Positions 53,027 to 64,000 of a DNA stretch of 64,000 nucleotides are shown piece after piece. Within the stretch, counting starts at the first letter, position 1, and each line of letters begins with the position of its first letter. The stretch comes from Octopus sinensis (Eukaryota). A program made the translations under genes and the position numbers. The notes beneath the pieces were generated by a model that was given only the letters and a program-made list of their open reading frames with translations, ran no database searches and was not told the origin of the DNA. The DNA lies in NCBI RefSeq assembly GCF_006345805.1, contig NC_043001.1:111724001-111788000 (forward strand), given 5' to 3'.

Positions 53027-53878
53027 GTATCTCAGGGTATCACGAGAAGTGTCTACGTGGTCGCACCTCTAGCCAGAAACAGCAGCGATATCTCACTCAA
53101 ATCACAGAATAATGTCGTAAACAAAGGAAGTATTGGACCATGGGGACCTAAATGATCCAATAGGCTGTCAAAAAAGAAAAACGTAAAGAAACAAAAACAA
53201 ATAAACCCAGTGGTGACCAACAGAGTACCTTCACGGACCAATGCTTTAAACCAAGTTAGGAAATATTGATTTCTGTATTTCTAAATATACAAACGCCGGT
53301 AAAATACAATTGGTCACGGATAGTGCGTTTTTGATGATAGTTCTGCCTGACTAACATTTTGGACTGAAGATATCCATTCACCTCCGAGAGCGATAGTTTA
53401 CAATATTCCTCCACATCTCGGCCATCATTTTGGGTGATTTAACGTTATATTTTTAGATAACTTTGCTTTCTTATCGAGTATCAGCTCCTCTTAGAAGAGG
53501 TGATTTGGGAGCCAATTAACTGACTTACAACATGCATGCAGAGGTCGCATTGCTAGAGCCGGATGAGACAAGGTTGGGTCTATGGTCGTAGAGCTGTCAA
53601 AATTGTTAGTCTACTTGATATCCAGAACATATCACATGCTGTGATGTTACAAGCTGTTAAATCACCACTCTTGTCTGGAGCAGAGTCTCCAAGTTACTCT
53701 ACGGATAAAGTATCTCAGGGTATCACGAGGAGTGTCTACGTGGTCGCACCTCTAGCGAGAAACAGCAGCGATATCTCACTCAAATCACAGATTAATGTCT
53801 TAAACAAAGGAAGTATTGGATAAAGTACCTGCAGAATGGATAAAGTACCTGCAGAATGGATAAAGTACCTGCAGAATG
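53027..53878 (+). repeat. 111 bp direct repeats (53027-53137, 53710-53820) followed by a 20 bp tandem x3
   Basis: About four mismatches between copies; TAAAGTACCTGCAGAATGGA x~3. Confidence 0.9.
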
Positions 53879-54104
53879 CAAACGATGTGTATCGTCAGCC
53901 TGTTGTTCACATAAACACTTTTTATCAGTATACTCTATGTTGAAGCTGTACTACCTATTAATCTCTTCTTCCCAAGGGCTAGTGTGGAACTAGCCGTGAT
54001 GGCATTGTTAAATAATATTAACTCCACCTCGTAATTATTGATAGTATTATAAGGGACTATTCAGTGTCTTGGTCTAACTCGTTGGATATATTCATGCTGT
54101 TCAT

Positions 54105-54188
54105 AAGTTGCTCTTCAAAAGTTGCTCTTCAAAAGTTGCTCTTCAAAAGTTGCTCTTCAAAAGTTGCTCTTCAAAAGTTGCTCTTCAA
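54105..54188. repeat. 14 bp tandem repeat AAGTTGCTCTTCAA x6
   Basis: Directly visible. Confidence 0.92.
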
Positions 54189-55001
54189 AAGGTTTGCGAA
54201 GCCTTCAAACAACGTGAATACTTAGGGTTTTGTCTTCAGCCCATACACATTGAGAAGACTATGAAGATTGCTGTTCCAAACGCGCCCTTCAGTATGAAGG
54301 AGACATAAATGCTTAGTAAGTAGTGAACAAGTACACAACATTGCTCTACTCCGTTAAAGATAATTTATATCCCCGAAGAATAGACGTGAAATGAATTGAT
54401 ACCATTCATCCCTGTGCTGAATGCTCAAGCTATCTAATCGTGGATTCTTTAGATGTGACTATCAATACTCACAAGGATGAAAGACCTATGTGAAATCAAT
54501 AGAAGCGACGTAGAGTTTGGGGTCTGAGGTTCTCTGTAGCTGTCAACGAGAGAATATTACGTAATTTGTAAAACATCCTGATCTGAAAACCACATTGAGA
54601 GTCGGGAATATATTTTCAACCATATAACAAAATCTGTTCATGATCACACAGACGAAGATTTATCCAACGATATCCTGAAAAAGGTTTGTCTTGTAGTCTT
54701 ACAGTAGTTACTGTACTCTTGTCCTTTTATTGAGTGACAATGTAGCATCGGGTCTGTTCCTTCTCTTCAACACTGACACGATAATTCGATGAAGTTAGCT
54801 ACCCAGTACTGGGACCCTGCATTAGATAAGGTGCCTAAGAATTTAGTATACCACACGGAATGTGTACACTTCCTCTATGATAATAAAGAGGAATTCCACA
54901 GCATCTAGCGTGCTGTCAGTCACGCAGTTCGTCTGCACCCACATTGAGTGCGTTAATCCAGTTATCCTTCTTTGCGCTTGCCTTTGTCGTTGACGTTTCT
55001 G

Positions 55002-55385
55002 ATTCTTTTACTCTTTTCCTTGTTTCAGTCATTTGACTGCGGCCATGCTGGAGAACCGCCTTATAGTCGAGCAAATCGACCCCAGGACTTATTCTTTGTA
55101 AGCATAGTACTTATTCTATCGGTCTCTTTTGCCGAACCGCCAAGTGACGGGGACGTAAACACACCAACATCGGTTGTCAAGTGATGCTGGGGGGGGGGAC
55201 AAACACAGGCAAACAAACACATATACATACATATATACATATATACGATGGGCTTCTTTCAATTTCCATCTACGAAATCCACTCACAAGGCTTTGGTCGG
55301 CCCAAGGCTATAGTAGAAGACACTTGTCCAAGGTGCCACGCAGTGGGACTGAACCCAGAACCATCTGGTTCGTAAGCAACCACCA
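55002..55385 (-). mobile_element. SINE family A
   Basis: Same orientation as and similar to 15281-15727; 5' end slightly truncated. Confidence 0.88.
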
Positions 55386-55775
55386 CTGTTAGAAATTTCA
55401 ATAGCTCTCTCTTAATTTGGACAGTTGCTTCCATAATTCTCACGAACACGACATGGATGTGGTTTGATGTTTTGACTCAGTACTCTGGGTGTTTTGTAGT
55501 CTTAAGCACTTTAACATGTATATGAATATATAGAGCCGCTTCTGTACATATGTATACATATGCTTACACACATACACAAAAACATTACATATATGTATGT
55601 ACCCATACATATATACATGCTCATTACACGGATATATTGATGTGTTTAAAGTATTCAAAATAGTCAGTATATATAGATACATAGACTTACAGACAAACAT
55701 ATCTAGAGAATTCTCTGTCTGTCTGTTTCTCCCACTCTCTCTTCTCTTTGTGTGTGTATATATATATATATATAT

Positions 55776-55812
<37 letters not shown>

Positions 55813-56394
55813 TGTGTGTGCTTGTGTGTCTATGAGTGCGTTTATATATGTACATTACTGTATGTACATGAATATACATTGATATGCATATGCGGAATAG
55901 AATCAATCTATAAATCATATGTCTATTTATGTGTGTGAATCTGAATTTGTATAACCTACTGTATGTGTGTCAATACCAAACAAAGTTCGACATCAATACA
56001 TATTTGTTTGAAAGTACTCGGGGAATATACGAATAGTCATGCGAGTCATGATCTCAGTATATACAAGTCTTCAAAGAAAGGATACGCTTTTCAGTGTAGT
56101 TTCTGATCTATAAAAAAGAGGGAATTGTTAGTGCATGAAAGCGTTTTTATCTCAAGCTTCCTTGATCAGATATAACCTTTGGCTTAGCAGATATATCTAA
56201 AAGATTTGTAAGCTGTAGACTGACGTGGTAAAATTAGTAGAAATAGCCAATCAAATTACTTTAAAATCATATAACGTATCATCATATATACATTATATAT
56301 ATTTTCTTCTTGTAACATATATCTATTATATATATATATATATATATATATATTCATATGTGTGTGTGTATTCATACATAAATTACATATATCT

Positions 56395-56464
<70 letters not shown>

Positions 56465-57234
56465 GTGCATCTATCTATCTATCTATCTATATACATATAT
56501 ACACATATATAAATATATGCATGCATGATACATATGCATATATATATATGTATATATACACAGATGCACGTACAGACACGCACACATACACACACATATA
56601 TGTATATATATACATGTATGTATGTATGTATATATATATATATATATATATGTATATTACGCATAAATAGATATGTATATATATGTGCGTGAATATATAT
56701 GTGTATGTGCGTGTGAATATGTGTGTGTGTTTTGTTTCTTTATCATTTAGTTCGGTTTATTTTGCTGTATTTTCGTATTAATATTTATTTATATTTTCTC
56801 ATTTTTTGTTTCCCCTTTTGTTTATTCAGCTTTTCGGAGAGAAATTCAGGAGTTTTCATAATAATTTGTTTTCTTAATTAGCTTAATAATATTTAACTGC
56901 AAAGTTTTATAACAACTTCCAGCTTCTCCCTCTTTCTCTCTCTCTTCCTCCTCTCTCCCCCCTCTATCTCTCCCTCGGGAAACACCCACATTCCAAATAA
57001 TATTCATACACAGTGCCCTTTGTTATAGAATATAATGCGTGAGAGCGAAAAATTGCAAAAGTAACCGTAGCAATGAGCGAAGCATATAATGCGTGAGCAG
57101 TGAAAAATTGCGAAGATTCACGTAGAATGACCGAAGATTAAAATGAGGTTAAAGAATGACGGTGCTTTAGAGCGGTTGCTCGAGCTAGTAGACATAGCAG
57201 CCAAATCTCTCTCAAATCACTACAAGATATAGTG

Positions 57235-57550
57235 GCCAGATAACTGGTTCACAGTCAGTTGCGACGATGAGTTTTCCAGTTGATCTGATCAACGGAACAA
57301 CTGCTCGTGATATTAACTTGCAAATGGCTGAGCCCTCCTCAGACACGCATACCCTTAACGTAGTTCGTAGGGAAATTCAGCGTGACATAGATTGTAACAA
57401 GGCTGACCCTTCAAAAATACAATTACAACTCATTTTTGTCAGCTGGATGTCCTGGAGCAATGCGAAATAAAGTGTATTGCTCAAAGACAAAATGTGCCAC
57501 TGGCAATCGACATCATAAGCCGAATAAGCTTACCTCTAATCTTCGCGCCT
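57235..57550 (-). mobile_element. Decayed SINE family D
   Basis: Reverse-complement similarity to 42770-43093. Confidence 0.7.
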
Positions 57551-58544
57551 TCACAGCGGTCAGATATTCTTGATATTAAAATGCTTCGGTCTTGAAGGAA
57601 TGTGCTGGTAGATACAGCAACCAAATCTCTCTCAAATCGCGCATTAACCGTTTGAAAGCTACTAGACAAAGCATCCAACACCCTTAGTAGAGCACCGATA
57701 CGTTCTTGCAGTGAGAAGGACGCATTATACTATCTTAGAGATGATGAATGAAACCCACATTGGGTAATTTTGCAACACATATAGAAGAAAGATGTGAAGG
57801 TCAAGGATGGAAAGCTAACATAAAACGTACAGTTAATTTATTTGAGACTTTACAGATGTTGTATATATGTATGCATTTATATTTCTATGTATAAATACTT
57901 TTACATGTATGTATGCGTGTGTGTGTATGTGTGTTTGTACAGATATTTATGAAAGATAAGTTTTCTGCAACACAATCCTCCCATTTTAAATATAGAAAAT
58001 CCTTATAAACGAATATCGATGAATGCGCACTATATCTTAGAGCATGCGCACTACAGTCTATATAAAAGAAGGAACACATATACGAAAAGGCAGATAGTCA
58101 CAGCTGGAATGTTTTTTATCTTTGGACTGTTCCATTAGATAAGGCCCGAATTTAAACATAAACAAGGAAATTTCCACATGGTAACAAGCGTCAGAAACTT
58201 TGAGTGGTCAGAGGAACTCCTAGAAATTACAGCCAAAACTTCATAAAATCTCACAGAATAAAATCATGTAAGAGTGGCTTATTGGATAATATAGTCTGAT
58301 ATGCAATAACAAACAATTGTTAAGTCTTGAAATCCTTTTTATTATCGGTTTCTTTGACGGATTAGACATAAATCGCGATTAAACTGAAACATTTGAAGGA
58401 CATCTACACGGTAGATTGAAGGTTTGAATTTAACATAATTAAATTTCTTTAGCATCACAGAAAAGTAAGTTTGCCATATAACTATTTCTGGATTAGGCAG
58501 GAGGTTGGCAATTTCGACAGGAAGGTTTTAGTCGATCTTTTTGC

Positions 58545-58856
58545 AAGCAACTTTGATGTTTTGCAAACAATTTCCAGATGCAAGTGCCACCAGTTGAAAG
58601 CTCCGCATACCGGATGCTAACAAGTTTATGCGGTCACCAGGGGAAAATATACGAGATAGCACTGTCACGAGTTCAAATCATTGAACAAAAGCGTAATGTG
58701 TTCATTAGAAAGTGGCTAGGCCTACCTCGGATATTGAACAGCTCAGCTCTCTGTCATAAAAAAAGGCTCGTTGCGCTTACCACTGCCGTCAGTAGTCGAA
58801 ATTGATGAAGTAAGGAAGGTACGAACGGTGATGATGCTGAGAGAGTCGAAGGAAGT
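58545..58856. mobile_element. HERO-like LINE pieces: 3' UTR (minus) joined to an RT-thumb coding fragment (plus)
   Basis: IYEIALSRVQIIEQKRNVFIRKWLGLPRILNSSAL / SLRLPLPSVVEI...KVRTVMMLRES at ~58648-58856; 58545-58648 matches 45945-46030. Confidence 0.65.
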
Positions 58857-59465
58857 TGTGAGTAGATATCACAGCTCACATTACTTGAGTGCTACTTTAT
58901 TTTACTGTACCTAGATGGATGAAAAGTAAATGTAATCGCGAGAAAAAATACAGGTAATTTGTTTGAGACTTTACAGATGTTATGTATAATGTCACTTGTA
59001 CTATTATAAATCGGAGGAAAACATTTCTTAATTGCCATAATATACTTCATTCAAATATTGATGTTTTTCTTAGCTTTTCTGTTTGTTTCTGCAAAACATT
59101 GCAATCAAATAATATTTCTCTGGCATTTATTACAATATTATTGTTATTGTTACATACTTGATGGCTCTCTAGTGTATATTAAGCCTTATCTTGTAGTTCC
59201 CTGGTGTATGCTAATGTTCCGTAATATTCGTCTCATTACATGTACAGCAGTTTAATTTGTATTATTGTGTTTTCAAGCATATTTCATACGAGTCTATACT
59301 GTGATTGTGTGTCGTTCCGACGCTACGTTATCTGTCTCGAAGGAATTCTATTTATTCTCCTCTAGTGGTTAATGTACTGCTACTGTACGTAATACTGTCC
59401 TCACTTCTAATGATCCGAAATGTAATTAACATCACAATAAAGCTTAATTATTAGTATTACTCTCA

Positions 59466-59980
59466 AGGTAACGAGCTGGCAGAAACGTTAGCACGCCGGG
59501 CGAAATGCGTAGCCGTATTTCGTCTGCCGTTACGTTCTGAGTTCAAATATCGCCGAGGTCGACTTTGCCTTTCATCCTTTCGGGGACGATAAATTAAGTA
59601 CCAGTTACGCACTGGAGTCGATGTAATCGACTTAATCCGTTTGTCTGTCCTTGTTTGTCCCCTCTGTGTTTAGCCCCTTGTGGGTAGTAAAGAAATAGGT
59701 ATTTCGTCTGCCGTTACGTTCTGAGTTCAAATTCCGCCGAGGTCGACTGTGTAGTAAAGAAATAGGTGACGAGCTGGCAGAATCGATAGAATGCCAGGCA
59801 AAATGCTTTGCGGCATTTCGTCCGTATTTACGTTCTGAGGTCAAATATCATCGAAATCGACTTTGCCTCTCATCTTTACTGGATCAGTAGAACAAGTGTC
59901 CGTTGACCTTTGGAGTTGATGTAATTGTATTATCCTCTGCTCCGAAATTATTGGCATAGTCCCAAAATTTGAAGACATTA
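59466..59980 (+). mobile_element. SINE family B young copy, partial internal duplication and older tandem copy
   Basis: GAGCTGGCAGAAACGTTAGCACGCCGGG head to GTAGTAAAGAAATAG; ~59699-59748 repeats ~59515-59564; diverged copy 59766-59980. Confidence 0.88.
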
Positions 59981-60258
59981 TTATAGTGTTATTGCCATTT
60001 AGTCTTATTCTATACTTGCGTTATTTATTTTGCAATATAACTGTGTGCATGCGGGACGTGTATTATTTTCCCGTCTTTCTAGTGGCATTTCGTTTTCTAT
60101 TCAGTCGAAAGTCGCCTGCGTAATGTTTATGCAGCGCCTAGATGAGGCATTTTCTGTACATAGCGTATAAATGTAAGTCCGGTGCTTTTGGAAATGTATG
60201 CGCCGACATGATTATCTAATCATTCCGAAGGCACTTATTATTTTCATTATTATTATTA

Positions 60259-60312
<54 letters not shown>

Positions 60313-60315
<3 letters not shown>

Positions 60316-60667
60316 TAGTTTTATTTTTATAGCGTGCTTTCACTTCACTACCGAGCGCAGCTCTGTGTGCCTTAGGTATGTGCTGTGATTTGTCGTGATG
60401 CTCTGATGGTTATTGTATGGAAAGTGTTCTGCGTAGGATGTGCGCAGTGCCTAGTAGTGCAATTTTCTGTATGTTATATGTGTTTGTAAGTCCTGGTGTT
60501 TTTGTTATGTATTTGTCTGAATATTTTTTTATCATGCCTAATGCACCTACTATGATAGGAATTGTTTCTGTTTTTAGATTCCATATTCTGGTTACCTATA
60601 TTTCCAGGTCTTTGTATTTTGAAAGTTTCTCCATTTCTTTTAGAGACACGTTGTCATCTGCCGGTAT
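60313..60667 (-). mobile_element. Dong/R4-like 3' fragment 1 (restriction-like endonuclease C-terminus) in (TAA)n
   Basis: IPADDNVSLKEMEKLSKYKDLEI*VTRIWNLKTETIPIIVGALG...IQKIALLGTAHILRRTLSIQ*; (TTA)n on both sides. Confidence 0.88.
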
Positions 60668-60676
60668 TTATTATTA

Positions 60677-60721
<45 letters not shown>

Positions 60722-60724
<3 letters not shown>

Positions 60725-61194
60725 TAGTCTTATTTTTTATTATTTTTTTTACTATTATTATTTTTATTACTACCGAGTGCAGCTCTGTGTACCTTGGGCG
60801 TGTGCTGAGGTTTGTTGTGGTGCTCTTATTTTCACTCTGTTGAAAATATTTTAAATAGGATGTGTGCGGTGCCTAGTATTGCTATTTTCTGTATGTTATA
60901 TATTCTTGTAAGTCCTGGTATTTTTGTTACGTATTTGTCTGAATGATATTTTATCATGCCTAATGCACCTACTATAATATGAAATGTTTCTGTACTTAAG
61001 CTTCACATTTGAGTTACCTCTATTCCCAGATGTTTGTATTATTTTGAAAGTTTCTCCGTTTTCTTTTAGAAAAACATTGTCATCTATTAATATTGATACA
61101 TCAATTAGAAAACAGTTTTTTCTTGGTGATCTCTGACAACTATATCCGGCCTATTGGACTTAATTTCTCCATTTATGTGTATTGGCATATTCCA

Positions 61195-61195
<1 letters not shown>
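60722..61195 (-). mobile_element. Dong/R4-like 3' fragment 2 in (TAA)n
   Basis: WNMPIHINGEIKSNRPDIVVRD...LIDVSI..DDNV (PD..D motif), same 3' end CTACTG(AAT)n. Confidence 0.85.
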
Positions 61196-61256
<61 letters not shown>

Positions 61257-61261
61257 CATCA

Positions 61262-61292
<31 letters not shown>

Positions 61293-62000
61293 AGGGAATG
61301 TTTAATTCCCATATAGAAATGATCTCTACATTCTTAGATGTTTATATTCGGATAGTTTGTCCATTTCCTTCTGACACATATTATCCTTTGTTTGGGACTG
61401 ATATTCAACTTAAGAATTTTCTCGTTTTTCTGTATGTTGTGACTACAATACCTAGTTGATTATCTTTGATCCCCTTGCCTATGTGGATTGGCATATTTTA
61501 GAATATCACTGCTGTGTTATTCTCTTAGTCCTCTCGTATTTGTTTACGGATTTCACAAATTGTCTCTTTAAATCATCCGCATAGTCTGCAGTTACGTAAT
61601 GTTTTCTGTTCTATAGATATTTCTAGAATATACTTTATCATCCTGTGCAATACTCAAGAATCTGTTAATTTCAGCTTTGAATACTACACTTTTCACTTAG
61701 TAGAGTGTAAATTTTCATCGTCTGCTTCAACGTTGCAAATATATTTTCTTTATAAATCATCAAAATAAGATACTGTCTTCATAGCGCATTTATATGACGT
61801 AGCACCGCTTCTTAGAATTTCCAGTTTATCTTTCTTTCCATCAACACTACCCATCATTTCTGTCTGTATTTTGTATTTTATTGATTCTTTTAAAACAGAA
61901 TGGTTTTCATTATATTTCGTTTGTGGTTTATGTCTGTTCGCGATATTACCAAATATTCTATTCTAATTATTGTTGTAATTCTTCAGAGAATAGTTTCCCC
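61293..62000 (-). mobile_element. Dong/R4-like fragment 3, strongly decayed
   Basis: FKAEINRFLSIAQD (cf. LK.ETEGF..AAQD) and ENNTAVIF*NMPIHIGKGIKDNQLGIVV. Confidence 0.6.
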
Positions 62001-62106
62001 TAATATAAAATAACAACTCAAAACAAATATAATCCTTCGTGGTAAATATAATCTTTCTGTCAGATTTTAATTAGAGTTTTTTAAATAGTTCAATTTTAGT
62101 AAACAG

Positions 62107-62672
62107 TTGGGTTGTCCGGAAAGTTTCATGCTGATTTATAGTAGCTTACCTTTTAACTTATTTTAGAACATGGTTGAGTCCATGAAATAGGATTTGACTA
62201 CACCTCCATTTAGAGCACAGTATAAGCTGTCTTTTCGTGGAAAAGGTTTATGTTCTTATAACCTGTGTTAATTCTGTAACCCTTTAAAATGGAAGATAAG
62301 AAAGTTCATTTTCGGCACTTGATGCTTTGGGAACCAGACAAAAATTGCTGATGCTCAGCTGGGATGTGTTACTCCACCTTCCATATTCACCAGATATTGC
62401 TCCTTCGGATTTCTACTTATTCAAGTATCTGCAGAATAGTCTTAATGGTAAAAATTTCAATTCCTTGGATGATGTAAAAAGATACCTTGATGAATTCTTT
62501 GCCATGAAACCACCTCAATTCTGGGAAGAGGATATTTTCAAGTTAAAGGAAAGATGGAGACGCATTGTGCAACAAAATGGTTCATATGTGGTTGATTAAA
62601 AATGTAATGGCAAGTATTTATTGACCTTTTTCTTTCCTTTAAATATCGGCACGAACTTTCCGGACAACCCAA
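62107..62672 (+). mobile_element. Internally deleted mariner, same derivative as 31723-32280
   Basis: Same TIRs, same GATGCTTTGGGAACCAGA deletion junction, YSPDIAPSD motif. Confidence 0.93.
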
Positions 62673-64000
62673 TAGTTTTGCTATTTCATTTAATACCCAT
62701 CTGAAAATATTAAAAGTACGAGACAGCTAAAGTATTGATGCCAATTAAAATCTCTGGGCATTTATCTTTATTTTAGTTGTTTACGTAACGCTGTAGAGTA
62801 CTGCAAAACATATCTGTCCATTTTGGTTGAGAATTTAATACATTGGCACGCGTAAACATCTTATATGTGCACACAACATCTTTGAGGGTACAAAATGAGA
62901 AACTAACTGGAGTAGTTTCATCAACGATCGAGTAGTAACGCTTAATGTTCAAGAAGATATAATTTCTCACCTGGTGATTGCTAGCATCCAAACTGCGGCG
63001 CTTTTGATACCTCTTAAGCATGAATTTCGAGTGTTTTATCGCTGTGAAAATGTCTTGTGTATTCTCTTAAGCTTTATATTTTACTTGATTCAGTCGGATA
63101 GCGCTCATGCTGGAGCACAACATTGATATATTTAGTCGAACATATCAACTGCAGTATTTATTTTGAAGTCTGGCGCTTCTCAGCGGGGGTATATTCCGCG
63201 CTGCACACCAATCAAAACTGACGAATTCATTGCAAATATCAGCCTTAATTGTTAATTTAATCACAAATCTCAATGGAAGGCTTTTGTTATACTCCTGCTT
63301 AAAATTTGGTGGCATTGGGTGTGGCAGAATACCTAATACACCAACCACTATATGCCACTGGGGATTATTCGTTCGGTCTCTTTGACAAAAGGGTCGTCAG
63401 CAACCAGCACCTGTTGCCTAGTGCTGGCGAGAGGCAAACATAAAGTACACTGGACCTGTAAACACGTGGTTAGAATGCGACCTTATTGATCACATAAGCA
63501 CGCCTGTGCATCTTATTTTATATATCATTGAGAAAAATTCAACAAAAACACAATTGGTGCAGATGGTATGGTATTCTACTAAATTGATAAACAGTATACA
63601 CACACATACACACAATATTTACACAATACACAATGGATGATTCAAACTAGGAGGTTTCATCATGTGTCTATATATAAATGCTTATATAAATATATATCTG
63701 TATATGCGTGTGCGTATATATGCAAATATATATATATATATGTGTGTGTTGTGTGTGTGTGTGTATGCACGTCTGCCAAAAGTGCGGAAGCACAAGACAA
63801 TATATTCCTTAATACGCAAAAATACGGTTTGTTACGTTTAGAATGCTTTCACTGTACGTGGGCTCCATGGTAGCTCATCTGCAGACAAGTGCAACAAAAG
63901 AATTTTTTCGTTCGATGATAAATGAAGGTCAGGGATTGTGGCCCCACATCCTCTGTTATTGATGTTATTAATATCTTTGGTTTGATAAATTTTGCCATTA

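Noticed and set aside
53821-54188. CRISPR-like short repeats (also 20067-20156)
   Set aside because: Head-to-tail tandems without unique spacers, eukaryotic context, no cas genes.

Overview
AT-rich eukaryotic non-coding DNA (intergenic or inside a large intron). The SINE families and microsatellite load suggest an octopod cephalopod; this is an inference. No intact protein-coding gene is supportable, and nearly all listed ORFs are microsatellite or SINE artefacts. The window is a mosaic of tRNA-derived SINEs (at least 5 modular families, several with clear target-site duplications, TSDs), decayed LINEs (Dong/R4-like, HERO-like, CR1-like), DNA transposons (a mariner deletion series, a DD37D/maT-like remnant, a Chapaev-like remnant, Helitrons) and Penelope-like element (PLE) remnants. 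The most notable signal is a recurrent set of asymmetric inverted repeats, mostly embedded in (TA)n, several carrying hammerhead ribozyme motifs. It includes a 2.9 kb GIY-YIG PLE with two divergent hammerheads, hammerheads with a poly(A) signal nested in stem II, and two unrelated hammerheads with a CCGAYGA (U4C) core. Three Dong-like 3' fragments are stacked in (TAA)n. Coordinates of decayed repeats are approximate and were read by eye; no searches were run.
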